Position numbers and translations under genes: made by a program. Of a stretch of DNA of 62,855 nucleotides, positions 47,326 to 58,046 are shown piece after piece. Source of the DNA: an uncultured Clostridia bacterium (GTDB lineage: Bacteria; Bacillota; Clostridia; Lachnospirales; Anaerotignaceae); assembly GCA_944380455.1 (NCBI GenBank), contig CALWHR010000161.1:1-62855 (forward strand), given 5' to 3'. Each line of letters starts with the position of its first letter. Within the stretch, counting starts at the first letter, position 1. Below the pieces are notes generated by a model. It searched no databases. It had not been told where the DNA came from and saw nothing but the letters and a program-made list of their open reading frames with translations.

Positions 47326-48401
47326 ATTTTTCCTGCAACAATAAAATTTCCAATAATCAGTTATCAGCTGTAATAATTGCCGCTTTTTTAGGCTGTACGG
47401 CTGTATCAGCACCACTTGGGATTATAGAAACTGCCGGAGGCGGAGCGTATATAAGTGTTTTTTTAGGCGGCTTTGCCGCCTCCGTCTTTTTTTATTTGCT
47501 TGCATGGCTTACTGGAAAAACTTTAACGGATAGTTATGAAAACACAGTAAGGCAAAACCTTGGGAAGTGGCTTGGATTTATTGTTTTGGCAGTTATTTTT
47601 GTATATGTATCTGTATACGGAGGTTTTCAGCTTGCTATAACCGCAAGAATGGTGCATTTTACAATGGAAAAGAGTGTAAGCAGCTTATTTGCAGCATTAC
47701 TTATAGTTTTTGTTGCGTTTTATACAGCTTTGCGCGGACGTGAATGTGTAGGGCGCATATCTGAAACAGCGGCTGTAATTATGCTTTTATTTATTGTATT
47801 TATATTTGTAATTTCTGCGCCGTCTATGGATTTAACTACGCTAAAGCCTACGCCTGACGAGTGGCGCGGTATTTTAGAAGGTGCTGTTATGAGTTTCTGC
47901 TCTTTAAGTGTTGCAGGATATGTTTTTATAATGCTGCCTAATAACCAAAGCATAAAGCGCACAGCTTTTTCTGTTTTTCTGGCATTTTTAGTTATAACTG
48001 TTGTATTGTCTTTTGGTACTGCGCTTGCTGTAAGCTGTTTTGGTGTGGAGGAGTCTAAAAGAAAGCTTTGGCCTGTTATACAGATGATGAATTATACGGA
48101 ATTTCCAGGCTCACTTGTTGAAAGGCAGGAAGTTTTAATGAGTGGATTTTATGTGTTTTCGTCTTTTATACTTACGGCTTTAAGTGTGCATATTACTTCT
48201 GAAATACTTGAAAGTATTTTTAAAAGAATTAACAGAGTGTTTTCGGTGTTAACTGCCTGTGCTGTGCTTCTGTTTTTCTGCCTTACTGCTTTAAGTCAGG
48301 GAGGATTTGATGCAGTATACGGCATTTATGGTTTTAACGCGGCAATGTATGGTGTTATGCTTTTAGCACCAGCGGTATCTCTTATAAGGAGGAAAAGATG
48401 A
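47322..48401 (+). CDS. Spore germination receptor B subunit (GerAB/KB)
   Basis: About 10 TM helices, KIS.NQL, ER.E motif; operon position. Confidence 0.8.
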   Translation: MNFSCNNKISNNQLSAVIIAAFLGCTAVSAPLGIIETAGGGAYISVFLGGFAASVFFYLLAWLTGKTLTDSYENTVRQNLGKWLGFIVLAVIFVYVSVYGGFQLAITARMVHFTMEKSVSSLFAALLIVFVAFYTALRGRECVGRISETAAVIMLLFIVFIFVISAPSMDLTTLKPTPDEWRGILEGAVMSFCSLSVAGYVFIMLPNNQSIKRTAFSVFLAFLVITVVLSFGTALAVSCFGVEESKRKLWPVIQMMNYTEFPGSLVERQEVLMSGFYVFSSFILTALSVHITSEILESIFKRINRVFSVLTACAVLLFFCLTALSQGGFDAVYGIYGFNAAMYGVMLLAPAVSLIRRKR

Positions 48402-49423
48402 AAAGGCTTATTGCTTTAATTACAGTTTTATCTTTATTAATTACCGGCTGCGGCGGAAATGAGATTGAAGGCAGAAATTTTGTTTCGGTAGCAGGCTATG
48501 ATACAGAAACAAACGGTGAGTATAAAATTTCATTATGTTTTATAGAGCCTAACGGCAAGGATATGTATTCGGCAGATAAAACTGAGGTTATATCATCTAC
48601 AGCATCTGTAACAGATAAAGTTTTATCATCTGGAAAAAGACAGATGTATTTTGGTCATTTAAAGGCGGTCCTTATTGGCCAAAGTGCGGCAGAAAACGGA
48701 AGGCTAAAAGAAATATTGTTTGATTTGTCATCAAACAATGACATAAGCATGGACACAGTGGTATTGTGTGCAAAAAACAGTGCTTCTGCAATTATATCTA
48801 CTGTAAGCAATTCAGGTGACGGACTTTATATATGGGATTTTTACAAAAACAACAAAGACCGAATGTATTCAACCCAAAAACTTACTCTTGCCGAGGCTGT
48901 TAAAAAGCTGGATACACAAAACGGATTGGTAATTCCAGCGATTAATGCCGATGATGAGAATATAGAAATTACAGGAGGTATTATATTTTCTGACGGCAAA
49001 AGAAAAGGTGAGTTTGACAGTAATCAAATGCAGGGATTTATTTATGTTTCAGGTGAAGGCAAGGGGCGAAACGAAACTATAAATATAAATTCCGAATCTG
49101 TGCCGTTTAATATAGAAAAAAACGTAAGCAAGGTTGAATTTGCTGAGGAAAACGGTGTATTAAAAGCTGCTTATGATATTAGCTTTAAAGTCAAAAGAGC
49201 AGATGGATTTGATTATCCGCAAGGTGCGTCTGAAGTTTTAGCCGGTCAGATTAAAGAGAAGTGTCTTTCAGCAGTTGAAAAACTTCAGTATTTAAACAGT
49301 GATGCTTTGGGTATCTTATATGAGCTTAAAAGAAAGGACAATGCTCTTTACAATAAATTTTATAGTGAAAATATGTTCAAAGACATGGTTATAAATTTAA
49401 ATATTGAAGTTTCGGAAAAATAA
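48398..49423 (+). CDS. Spore germination receptor C lipoprotein (GerAC/KC)
   Basis: Lipobox ITGC, EIE.R.FV, YFGHLK.VLIG, SDALGI. Confidence 0.85.
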   Translation: MKRLIALITVLSLLITGCGGNEIEGRNFVSVAGYDTETNGEYKISLCFIEPNGKDMYSADKTEVISSTASVTDKVLSSGKRQMYFGHLKAVLIGQSAAENGRLKEILFDLSSNNDISMDTVVLCAKNSASAIISTVSNSGDGLYIWDFYKNNKDRMYSTQKLTLAEAVKKLDTQNGLVIPAINADDENIEITGGIIFSDGKRKGEFDSNQMQGFIYVSGEGKGRNETININSESVPFNIEKNVSKVEFAEENGVLKAAYDISFKVKRADGFDYPQGASEVLAGQIKEKCLSAVEKLQYLNSDALGILYELKRKDNALYNKFYSENMFKDMVINLNIEVSEK

Positions 49424-49477
49424 AAAATTCATGATTATATTTTTAATTAATTGTCAATATTGTTTCTGGTGATGAAT

Positions 49478-50143
49478 ATGACAAATTTAAAAATGTTTTT
49501 AAAAAGAGAAAAAAAGAATTTGATAGTTTCTTTATTTGCGGCATTAATTGTATCAGTATTATTTACAGCAGTAGTATCCCTTAAAACTTATGCTGACAAT
49601 ATTCAAAGCGGTATTGCAGAAAAAATAGTACGGCTTCATATTGTGGCAAACAGCAACAGCGATTATGACCAGAGTTTGAAATTAAAGGTGCGTGACGGCG
49701 TTCTTGATTTTATGCGGGAAAAAATGGAAAGCTGCAAGAGCAGGGAGGAAAGTATTGATGTACTTGAAAAAAATAAGAATGAGATAAGGAAAGCGGCTGA
49801 AAATATACTGCGCGAAAATGGATGCAGTTTAGGTGTAAATGTAAGATTTGAAAAAACACTTTTTCCGGTAAAAAGCTATGATGGCATAACACTGCCTTCG
49901 GGAATGTATGACGCTGTTAGAATTGATATTGGCAAGGCGGAGGGTAAAAACTGGTGGTGCGTTATGTACCCGTCACTTTGTATTTACGGCTCAGAAGAAG
50001 AAGCAGGCTCAACACCCCAGGAAGAACTTATGAATATTCTTACAAATGAGGAATATAGTGTAATAGCGGACAGAGATGGCATTAATTTTAAATTTGCCGC
50101 TGTTGAAGCCGTAAAAAAGGCTGAAATAAGCTTAAAAAAATAG
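49478..50143 (+). CDS. spoIIR: Stage II sporulation protein R
   Basis: RLHIVANSNS.YDQ.LKLKVRD, FP.K.Y...LP.G.Y.A, G.NWWCVMYP.LC. Confidence 0.93.
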   Translation: MTNLKMFLKREKKNLIVSLFAALIVSVLFTAVVSLKTYADNIQSGIAEKIVRLHIVANSNSDYDQSLKLKVRDGVLDFMREKMESCKSREESIDVLEKNKNEIRKAAENILRENGCSLGVNVRFEKTLFPVKSYDGITLPSGMYDAVRIDIGKAEGKNWWCVMYPSLCIYGSEEEAGSTPQEELMNILTNEEYSVIADRDGINFKFAAVEAVKKAEISLKK

Positions 50144-50163
50144 TAAATTTTCGGGGTGGAGCA

Positions 50164-50844
50164 ATGCTTAAAATATTAAAAAAAGTTAAACTGTATATGG
50201 CTCTTTCAATTGCCGCTGTAGTAGTTTCTTCTTTTGTCTTTATGCTGTCGGAAGACAATAAAAGCCAGATGACTGTTATATTTCAGTATGGTTCAGGAGG
50301 AGAGGCGGTAAAGATAATACAGCAAAGACTGCAGGATTTAGGTTATTATTCAGGAAATATAGACGGCATATATGGTTATGGAACTTATGAGGGTGTACGG
50401 CTCTTTCAGCAAAATAACGGCCTTACACCCGACGGCATTGCAGGCGAAGGCACTCTTACTTCTTTAGGTATTCTGGAAGAAGTAAACGAGCAGTATGATT
50501 TGGAAGTTTTATCACGGGCTATTTATGCCGAAGGCAGAGGAGAGCCTTACGAAGGGCAGGTGGCTATAGGTGCTGTAATTTTAAACAGAGTAGACAGTCC
50601 TGATTTTCCTGATACAATACCGGGTGTGGTTTATCAGACCGGTGCCTTTGATGCTGTAAGAGACGGGCAGATTAATCTTACTCCAAACCAGACAGCATAT
50701 TACGCCGCAAAAGATGCCCTTAACGGGTGGGACCCTACAGGCGGTGCGCTGTATTATTGGAATCCGGCAACAGCTACCAGCAGATGGATTTGGTCTGTAC
50801 CTATTACATATTCAATAGGAAACCATGTTTTTGGAAAAAAATAA
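50164..50844 (+). CDS. sleB: Spore cortex-lytic enzyme SleB
   Basis: PG-binding domain, then AEGRGEPYEGQVAIGAVILNRV, DPTGGALYYWNP, IGNHVF. Confidence 0.9.
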   Translation: MLKILKKVKLYMALSIAAVVVSSFVFMLSEDNKSQMTVIFQYGSGGEAVKIIQQRLQDLGYYSGNIDGIYGYGTYEGVRLFQQNNGLTPDGIAGEGTLTSLGILEEVNEQYDLEVLSRAIYAEGRGEPYEGQVAIGAVILNRVDSPDFPDTIPGVVYQTGAFDAVRDGQINLTPNQTAYYAAKDALNGWDPTGGALYYWNPATATSRWIWSVPITYSIGNHVFGKK

Positions 50845-51053
50845 CTTGATTTGGAATTAGTTTTATACATAAAATTATATTTTACAACTTGCAAGAAATC
50901 AGGATATATGATAATATATGCCCCGTCTGAAAAAGTTTGGGATAGTTATTGACAGTGATAAAGACAACAGATGCAGTTATGAAAACTCAGATTTTAATTG
51001 ATGTATGTTGTCTTTTTTATTGCAGATTTATTGTATTTGAAAGGGCGGTAAGC

Positions 51054-51926
51054 ATGATAAACAGAAAAATTTGGATTGCCGGTTCTTCTGGCAATATAGG
51101 CAGGATACTTGAAGAAACCCTCAGCAACGGCTGTGATAAAATTTTCTCTACAGATTTGGAGCTTGATGTTACAAATACAGAGGAAGTAACACGTTTTGCT
51201 GTAATTAACAGGCCGGATATAATTATTAATTGTGCCTGCATAAGCAATATTGAGGAATGTGAAAAAGACAGGGTTAAGGCATATAAAGTAAACTCTTTAG
51301 GCGCAAGAAATTTAAGCTCCGCATCAAGACAAACCGGCGCTACAATGGTTCAGCTTTCAACAGACGATGTTTTTGCCGGAAACGAGGAAAGAACTCTAAA
51401 TGAATTTGATAAGACAGAGCCTGTTTCTGTTTACGGCAAAAGCAAGCTTGCCGGAGAAATTTTTGCCAAAGAGCTTACACCAAAACATATTATAATAAGA
51501 AGTACATGGATATATGGTTATGGCAACGGGGATTTTGTATCGCAGGTTATAAATGCAGCTAAAGAAAAAAGAACTATTGAAGCTGCGGTAAACCAGATTA
51601 GCTCGCCTACAAGTGTTTATGCTTTGGCAGAGTTTGTAAACAAAGTTATAAGAAGCGATGAATATGGAGTATTTCATGCCGCGTGTACAGGAATGTGCAG
51701 CAGATTTGATTATGCAAAAAGAATACTTGAGCTTTCGGGAATGTCTACTGATATATTAAAGCCTGTGCTCTACAGTACAGAAAGCGAAAATATGGAAAGT
51801 ATGAGACCAAGATATACGGCACTTGAAAACCTTATGATGGAAATGACAGGTATATACAAAATGCCTGATTGGGAAACTGCCCTTGAAAGGCACATGCTGG
51901 AAAGGAGCGGTTTAATTGGAAAATAA
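51054..51926 (+). CDS. dTDP-4-dehydrorhamnose reductase-like SDR
   Basis: GSSGNIG, STDDVF.G, YGKSK, RSTWIYG; ATG 51054. Confidence 0.82.
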   Translation: MINRKIWIAGSSGNIGRILEETLSNGCDKIFSTDLELDVTNTEEVTRFAVINRPDIIINCACISNIEECEKDRVKAYKVNSLGARNLSSASRQTGATMVQLSTDDVFAGNEERTLNEFDKTEPVSVYGKSKLAGEIFAKELTPKHIIIRSTWIYGYGNGDFVSQVINAAKEKRTIEAAVNQISSPTSVYALAEFVNKVIRSDEYGVFHAACTGMCSRFDYAKRILELSGMSTDILKPVLYSTESENMESMRPRYTALENLMMEMTGIYKMPDWETALERHMLERSGLIGK

Positions 51927-53199
51927 ACGTAAAAAATTAGGTCTTACAACAAAAATATTTATATCTTTAATATTAGGTGCTTTAACAGGCATAATTCTTC
52001 ACTATTTTATACCTGCCGGATATATTAAAGACACAGTTGTTACAGGCGGAGTATTTTATGTATTAGGCAACGGGTTTTTAAGGCTTATGCAGATGCTTGT
52101 TGTGCCGCTTGTTTTCTGCTCGTTGGTATGCGGAAGCGCTGCTGTGGGTGATACAGCAACCTTAGGCAAAGTTGGTATTAAAACACTTCTTTTTTATCTT
52201 GTAACAACGGCTATTGCTGTTACAGTTGCTCTTACTGTTGGAAATATTATTAATCCGGGCATTGGTCTTGATACATCAAGTATTGAAACTGCTGAGGTTA
52301 CTATTGCAGAAAGTACAAGCCTTGCCGATACGCTTTTAAATATTATACCTAAAAATCCTATAGCCGCTTTGGCAAACGGCGATATGCTTCCTACAATTTT
52401 ATTTGCTCTTATTGTTGGTGTTATACTGGCTAAAATGGGAAGCAAAACAGAAACTGTTGCTAATTTCTTTGGCCAGTTTAATGATATAATGATGGAAATG
52501 ACAAGTATGATAATGCACGTAGCGCCAATTGGTGTATTCTGCCTTATAGCCAATACATTTGCCGGAATAGGATTTATGGCCTTTGTTCCGCTTTTAAAAT
52601 ATATGATTAGTGTTTTAGCGGCATTATTTATACACTGCTTTGTTGTCTATACAGGCCTTTTAAAGCTTTTTACAGGTCTTAATCCGGTTATATTTATTAA
52701 GAAGTTTTTCCCTGTTATGAGCTTTGCTTTTTCAACAGCTACATCAAATGCCACAATACCGCTTTCCATTGATACGCTTGAAAATAAATTAGGTGTTTCA
52801 AGAAAGATTTCGTCATTTACCATTCCTTTAGGAGCAACAATTAATATGGACGGAACAGCCATTATGCAGGGAGTAGCGGTTGTTTTTGCGGCGCAGGCTT
52901 ATGGCATAAGTCTTGGTGTGAGTGATTATGTTACGGTTATAGCAACAGCAACTCTGGCTTCTATAGGTACGGCTGGTGTGCCGGGGGTTGGCCTTATAAC
53001 TCTTTCTATGGTATTTGCATCAGTCGGCCTTCCGGTAGAGGCTATTGCACTTATTATGGGTATTGACCGTATACTGGATATGACAAGGACAGCCGTAAAT
53101 ATTACCGGTGATGCTATTTGTACTACAATAGTTGCATGCCAGAATAATGAATTTGATAAGAATGTATTTAGTAATCCTTTAGCAGGAAAACGAGATTAA
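51916..53199 (+). CDS. Dicarboxylate/amino acid:cation symporter
   Basis: FSTATSNAT.P, PLGATINMDG, GTAGVPG, DRILDM.RTAVN. Confidence 0.93.
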   Translation: MENKRKKLGLTTKIFISLILGALTGIILHYFIPAGYIKDTVVTGGVFYVLGNGFLRLMQMLVVPLVFCSLVCGSAAVGDTATLGKVGIKTLLFYLVTTAIAVTVALTVGNIINPGIGLDTSSIETAEVTIAESTSLADTLLNIIPKNPIAALANGDMLPTILFALIVGVILAKMGSKTETVANFFGQFNDIMMEMTSMIMHVAPIGVFCLIANTFAGIGFMAFVPLLKYMISVLAALFIHCFVVYTGLLKLFTGLNPVIFIKKFFPVMSFAFSTATSNATIPLSIDTLENKLGVSRKISSFTIPLGATINMDGTAIMQGVAVVFAAQAYGISLGVSDYVTVIATATLASIGTAGVPGVGLITLSMVFASVGLPVEAIALIMGIDRILDMTRTAVNITGDAICTTIVACQNNEFDKNVFSNPLAGKRD

Positions 53200-53280
53200 A
53201 GGTGTAAAAGCTTTGGAATAAATAAATTTCCGGAGCTTTTTGTTTTGAAATAAAAATACCCGGTTTATACCGGCTATTTC

Positions 53281-53507
53281 AGACTGTCAAAAAACTGGAT
53301 TTTTACTTTTGCAAGCACGCAGAAGGGTTTGGGAAACGAAGAGTTTACCAACTGGAATCCGCAGGCGGAATTCAGTTCCGGCGTGGAAAAGCAGGGGTTT
53401 CAAGGCTTTTGAGCCGATGGAACTCCTGCTTTATACTTCTGTCTGCTCGTCAAAGGCTTGAATGTAATGAGCCTTTGACGATGGGGTGTCGATTTTTTCG
53501 ACACCTT
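53281..53507. mobile_element. MITE-like non-autonomous element
   Basis: GC-richer 227-bp segment; ends AGACTGTCAAAAAA / TTTTTTCGACACCTT; flanked on both sides by near-duplicate AAAATACCCGG..CCGG.TATTT palindromes. Confidence 0.55.
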
Positions 53508-53590
53508 AAAATACCCGGCTTTAAAGCCGGGTATTTTCTGTAGGTAAAAGGATTATAGGAAGAGTTTTGGTTATATTGGTTATGTTTAAG

Positions 53591-54784
53591 TTAAGCTGTT
53601 TTTTCAAGTTTGATTTTTGATACAAAATCTTTAATTCTGGCAATAGCCTCCTGAAGGTTTTCAAATGAAGTAGCGGCTGAAAGACGGAGATGACCTTCGC
53701 CATATTTTCCAAAGCTGCTGCCTGCAAGACATGCAACTCCGGCTTCTTTTAAAAGTCTGTCTGCAAATTCCCTGTCAGAAAGGCCTGTGCCCTTAATGCT
53801 TGGGAAAAGATAGAAAGAACCTTTTGGCATAAGGCATTTAATGCCGTCTATTTTATTAAGCTCGTTTACAAAGTATTCAAGTCTGTATTTATAAGCCTCA
53901 GCCATTTCGCTTACACACTCCTGTGGGCCTTCAAGAGCTGCTTTAGCGGCTTCCTGTGTAAAGCCGGCAACACAGGAGCTGGAATTAACCATAAGAAGTG
54001 TCATAACTTTGGCAAGGTCTTTATTCATAATGCCGTAGCCTATTCTCCAGCCTGTCATTGCATATGGTTTGGAAAAACCGTTAAGCACAATAGTACGGTC
54101 TTTCATTTCAGGTATTGAAGCCATTGAGAAATGTTTTGTGCCGTTATATATAATACGGCTGTATATTTCATCGCTCATTACAAAAATATTTGTATCTTTT
54201 AAAACATTGGCAATAGCCCTAATGTCTTTTTCTTCCATAACACCGCCTGTAGGGTTGCCAGGGGAGTTGATGATAAGAAGCTTTGTTTTATCTGTAATAA
54301 GTGATTTAAGTACTTTTGGGTCGATTTTAAAGTCGTTTTCCATAACTACAGGTACAGGTACAGGTATGCCGCCTGCAAAACGAATGCAGGATTCATATAT
54401 TGGAAAACCAGGGTTAGGGTATATTACTTCATCTCCTGGGTTAATAAGTGCAAGTATTGTAAAGAACATAATAGGCTTGCCGCCAGGAACTATAACTATT
54501 TCATCTGGATTTGTATCTATGTTTTCAAATTCTCTTGCTCTTTTGGCGATTGCTTCTCTTAAATAAAGCTCGCCCTGAGAAGCTGTATAGCCTGTTTCGC
54601 CATCGCGTATTGATTCGCAGGCAACTTTTGCCACGTGCTCAGGTGTGCCAAAGTTCGGCTGGCCTATTTCAAGATGTATAATTTCTTTGCCCTGTGCCTC
54701 AAGAGCTTTTGCCTTGCTTAAAACCTCAAATGCTGATTCTGTTCCCAAACGTCCTATTCTTTCTGCTATATAATCTGGATTCAT
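53591..54784 (-). CDS. PLP-dependent aminotransferase class I/II (aspartate aminotransferase-like)
   Basis: IHLEIGQP, NSPGNPTG, SDEIY, GFSKPYAMTGWRIG. Confidence 0.92.
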   Translation of the reverse strand: MNPDYIAERIGRLGTESAFEVLSKAKALEAQGKEIIHLEIGQPNFGTPEHVAKVACESIRDGETGYTASQGELYLREAIAKRAREFENIDTNPDEIVIVPGGKPIMFFTILALINPGDEVIYPNPGFPIYESCIRFAGGIPVPVPVVMENDFKIDPKVLKSLITDKTKLLIINSPGNPTGGVMEEKDIRAIANVLKDTNIFVMSDEIYSRIIYNGTKHFSMASIPEMKDRTIVLNGFSKPYAMTGWRIGYGIMNKDLAKVMTLLMVNSSSCVAGFTQEAAKAALEGPQECVSEMAEAYKYRLEYFVNELNKIDGIKCLMPKGSFYLFPSIKGTGLSDREFADRLLKEAGVACLAGSSFGKYGEGHLRLSAATSFENLQEAIARIKDFVSKIKLEKTA

Positions 54785-55100
54785 ATTATCTGCCTCCCTG
54801 TTATCTTTATTTTCTCTTTGTATTATCTATCACGAACAAATATCCTTGTGTGAAAAACTAAGCGTATTATAGCACACCAATTTGACGAAAAAAAGACCTG
54901 TTTTCAAAAAAGTTTATTTTTATGAATTTCCTACAAAAAGACAAATGTTTTTGGTAGAAAAACTGAGCGCTTTTTTGAACAAAAAACTGTAGTAAGAATA
55001 GAGTTTTTATATTGCATTTTGGTCAATTTAGCGTGCTAAATTAATATGAAAAATTGCACATTAATATTATTAATGTTAAAACCAGATGTTATAATAAGGC

Positions 55101-56081
55101 TTAAAAAAGCGCAGTTAATTCATTGTATCCATTTTCTTTAAGTTTATCAACCGGTATAAATTTTATGGCGGCGGAATTAATGCAGTACCTTTCTGTATGT
55201 CCGTTTACATTAATATCGTTAAACACATGGCCTAAGTGTGCTTTGGAAGAACGGCACAAAACTTCCGTGCGTACCATGCCAAAAGAAGTATCTTCTTTAT
55301 ATACAAGGCATCTTCTGTCTATAGGCTTATAAAAGCTTGGCCAGCCGCAGGAGCAGGCAAATTTGTCTTTTGAAGAAAAAAGAGGCTCGCCTGTAATAAT
55401 GTCTACATATATTCCTTCTTCAAAAAAGTTGTTATATTCATTATTAAATGGTGGCTCTGTTGCGGCGTTTTGTGTTACTTCATATGAAAGAGGAGAAAGA
55501 GTATTTTGTATTTTCTCGTCATCTGGTCTTTCAAGATACATTGTAAAATCAAGTATAGGGTAGGTATGGAAAGCTTTTTTAATATCGCCCCATGGAATAT
55601 GGCAGTATCCGCCTGGATTTTTGTCTAAATAGTTTTGGTGGTAATCCTCAGCAGGGTAAAAATTGCTAAGGGGCAGGCACTCAACAACTATTAAGTCGTG
55701 AGGATAGTCTTTTTTAAGCTCAGCAAGGCAGTTTTTTATAATTTCCTCGTCGGAATGCTCTGTGTAATATATGCCTGTTCTGTACTGCGGCCCTATATCC
55801 GGTCCCTGCTGGTCAACAAGTGTAGGGTCTATTATAGAAAAGTACATTTTAAGTATAAATTTTAAATCAGCTTTTTTTGTATCATAAATTACTTTTACTG
55901 TTTCGGCATGGTTTGTGCCGAAATAGCATACCTGTTCATAAGTAGGGTTTTCTGTATTTCCGTTAGCATAGCCGCACTGGGTAGAAGCAACAGAGTACAC
56001 GTTTTTCATAAAACGCTCAACACCCCAGAAGCATCCTCCGGCTAAGTATATTTCTTTTAAAGATGTATTTTTATCTGTCAT
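55101..56081 (-). CDS. msrAB: Bifunctional methionine sulfoxide reductase MsrA/MsrB
   Basis: GGCFWG, AEDYHQNYL, CGWPSF, HLGHVF, RYCINS. Confidence 0.95.
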   Translation of the reverse strand: MTDKNTSLKEIYLAGGCFWGVERFMKNVYSVASTQCGYANGNTENPTYEQVCYFGTNHAETVKVIYDTKKADLKFILKMYFSIIDPTLVDQQGPDIGPQYRTGIYYTEHSDEEIIKNCLAELKKDYPHDLIVVECLPLSNFYPAEDYHQNYLDKNPGGYCHIPWGDIKKAFHTYPILDFTMYLERPDDEKIQNTLSPLSYEVTQNAATEPPFNNEYNNFFEEGIYVDIITGEPLFSSKDKFACSCGWPSFYKPIDRRCLVYKEDTSFGMVRTEVLCRSSKAHLGHVFNDINVNGHTERYCINSAAIKFIPVDKLKENGYNELTALF

Positions 56082-56178
56082 AATATCCTCCTTAAAGAAA
56101 TTTTGTTACTGTTTAAAGTAATTAAACAGTTATAAAAATGTGGAATTAACTATAATACTGTGGTATTATTTCTAAGAA

Positions 56179-56988
56179 TCAGAATTTATCAATAAGCCCT
56201 AATTTTGTAAGGGCATCATATATACCAGTTTTAGACGCTTCGCCTGTAACCATACTGCATACATCATCAAGGCACGGGTGGTGCTTTTGCATTGCTATGC
56301 CGTAGCCGGCACTTTGAAGCATTGAACGGTCGTTTTCGCCGTCACCAAAGGCATAAGTATTTTTTATATCTATATTAAAATACCTGCATACATCTATAAC
56401 GCCGTTGGCCTTGGATACGCCTTTTGGATTTATGTCGCAGGAGGTAATGCCTTCGTTTGGTACAGTTATGTCGGCAATATCAGAAAAACCGCTTTTTAAC
56501 GGTATTATATCCCCGGTGTTTCTGTATATAAGCAGTATTTTATATATATTTTCGTTGCTGTACTGCTCTAAAGGTGTAAAAACAGTTGGCTTAACATTAA
56601 ACATTGATATCATTTTGTTGAATAATTTATCATTGGGTAAATTTACATAGCATTTAGCGTAATTTTCAAGTACAAATATCATGTTTTTTTCTGTAAAATA
56701 TTCTGTAAGGGATTTAAGCGTTTCAGCCATGAAAGGCTTTTCGCCTACAACTTTATTATTATATACTGTACAGCCGCCGTTTGCAGTTATTAATATATCA
56801 AAATTTATATCGAATTTCGGAACATATTTAAGGCTTCTGCCAGTTGCAAGACATGCGGCATAGCCGTTTTCGCGCAGGCGGTTTATGGCCTCAACGGTTT
56901 TTGGTGATGGAACAAAAATTCCGGCGTCTTTATCTGTAAGTGTGCCGTCGTAGTCGAAAAATACGGCGCCTTTAAATTGTTTTTCCAT
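56179..56988 (-). CDS. Cof-type HAD hydrolase
   Basis: FDYDGTL, ATGR, SKANG, FGDGEND. Confidence 0.9.
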   Translation of the reverse strand: MEKQFKGAVFFDYDGTLTDKDAGIFVPSPKTVEAINRLRENGYAACLATGRSLKYVPKFDINFDILITANGGCTVYNNKVVGEKPFMAETLKSLTEYFTEKNMIFVLENYAKCYVNLPNDKLFNKMISMFNVKPTVFTPLEQYSNENIYKILLIYRNTGDIIPLKSGFSDIADITVPNEGITSCDINPKGVSKANGVIDVCRYFNIDIKNTYAFGDGENDRSMLQSAGYGIAMQKHHPCLDDVCSMVTGEASKTGIYDALTKLGLIDKF

Positions 56989-57074
56989 AATTAAAGCTCC
57001 TTTATAGTAGAAAACGGTTTTAGTTATTATAGCAGATGACTTTTAAAATGTATACAAATATTCGGAGGATTGGC

Positions 57075-58016
57075 ATGAGTGTGTTTGGTAATTTTCAATA
57101 TTCTGTAAATTATGGCAGCGCTGTTATTGAAAAATATACTGGTTCTGAAAGCTTTGTTGTTATACCTGATAAAATAGAAAATTATACAGTAACTCATATT
57201 GGTGATGAAGCTTTCAGAAATCATGGCGAGATTAAGGAAGTTTTATTCCCTGAAAGCATTGTTTATGCCGGGAATTACGCCTTCTGCGAGTGCCGCGCAT
57301 TAAAAGAGGCAGTTTTTTCCGATAGCCTTAATTTTGCCGGAGCGCATTTGTTTTATAACTGCCGAGCGCTTGAAAAAATAAGAATACCTTCTAATATTGA
57401 ATATATAGGCGACGGTTTTGTTAAAAACTGTGACAGTTTAAATGAAATAACAATAACAGATGATAAAATTTCGTCATCTGTTTCGGGATTTTTAAGCGAA
57501 TTAAGTGGTGAGATAGTGCTTAATATCAAAAACAGTAATTGCAGTCTTATATTTCCCGGTTATGGCTATGAATATATAGATAAATGCTATTCCAAAACAT
57601 TTGAAACTGTAACACATGGCGCTGGTGTTTTATATAGACGTGCTATAGATAAAAACAGGCTTAATTATGCTGTGTATGATTCCGCTTTTAAATATGCCGC
57701 AAATGAGGAATTTCCTCAGACACTGTGTTTGATAGCCATAAACAGGCTGGAGAAGCCTTTTGGCCTTACAGAAGAAGCAAAAAAGGAATATATTAAATAT
57801 TTATCGGAAAATATTTCTGAAGCAATAAATGTAATTTCACAAAACGAAAATATAGAGTTTCTTGAAAAAATGGAGAGCTTTGATATTTTAAATGAAAATA
57901 ATATAAAAGATGCTGTTGACGAAACAGTTAAAAATGGCAGGGCAGATTTTACGGCGCAGTTAATGGATATTAAAATGAGAAAATTCGGAAGAAAAAAGAA
58001 AACATTTGATTTATGA
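57075..58016 (+). CDS. BspA-type leucine-rich repeat protein
   Basis: IG..AF, F.EC..L, F.NC..L repeats; ATG 57075 behind GGAGG. Confidence 0.8.
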   Translation: MSVFGNFQYSVNYGSAVIEKYTGSESFVVIPDKIENYTVTHIGDEAFRNHGEIKEVLFPESIVYAGNYAFCECRALKEAVFSDSLNFAGAHLFYNCRALEKIRIPSNIEYIGDGFVKNCDSLNEITITDDKISSSVSGFLSELSGEIVLNIKNSNCSLIFPGYGYEYIDKCYSKTFETVTHGAGVLYRRAIDKNRLNYAVYDSAFKYAANEEFPQTLCLIAINRLEKPFGLTEEAKKEYIKYLSENISEAINVISQNENIEFLEKMESFDILNENNIKDAVDETVKNGRADFTAQLMDIKMRKFGRKKKTFDL

Positions 58017-58046
58017 AACTTTATAAAACTGAAAGGTCAAACTTAA

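Noticed and set aside
53545-53590. CTTCCTATAAT (minus strand) resembling half of a Firmicute dif site
   Set aside because: The second arm (TTATGTAAACT) is not present at the right spacing
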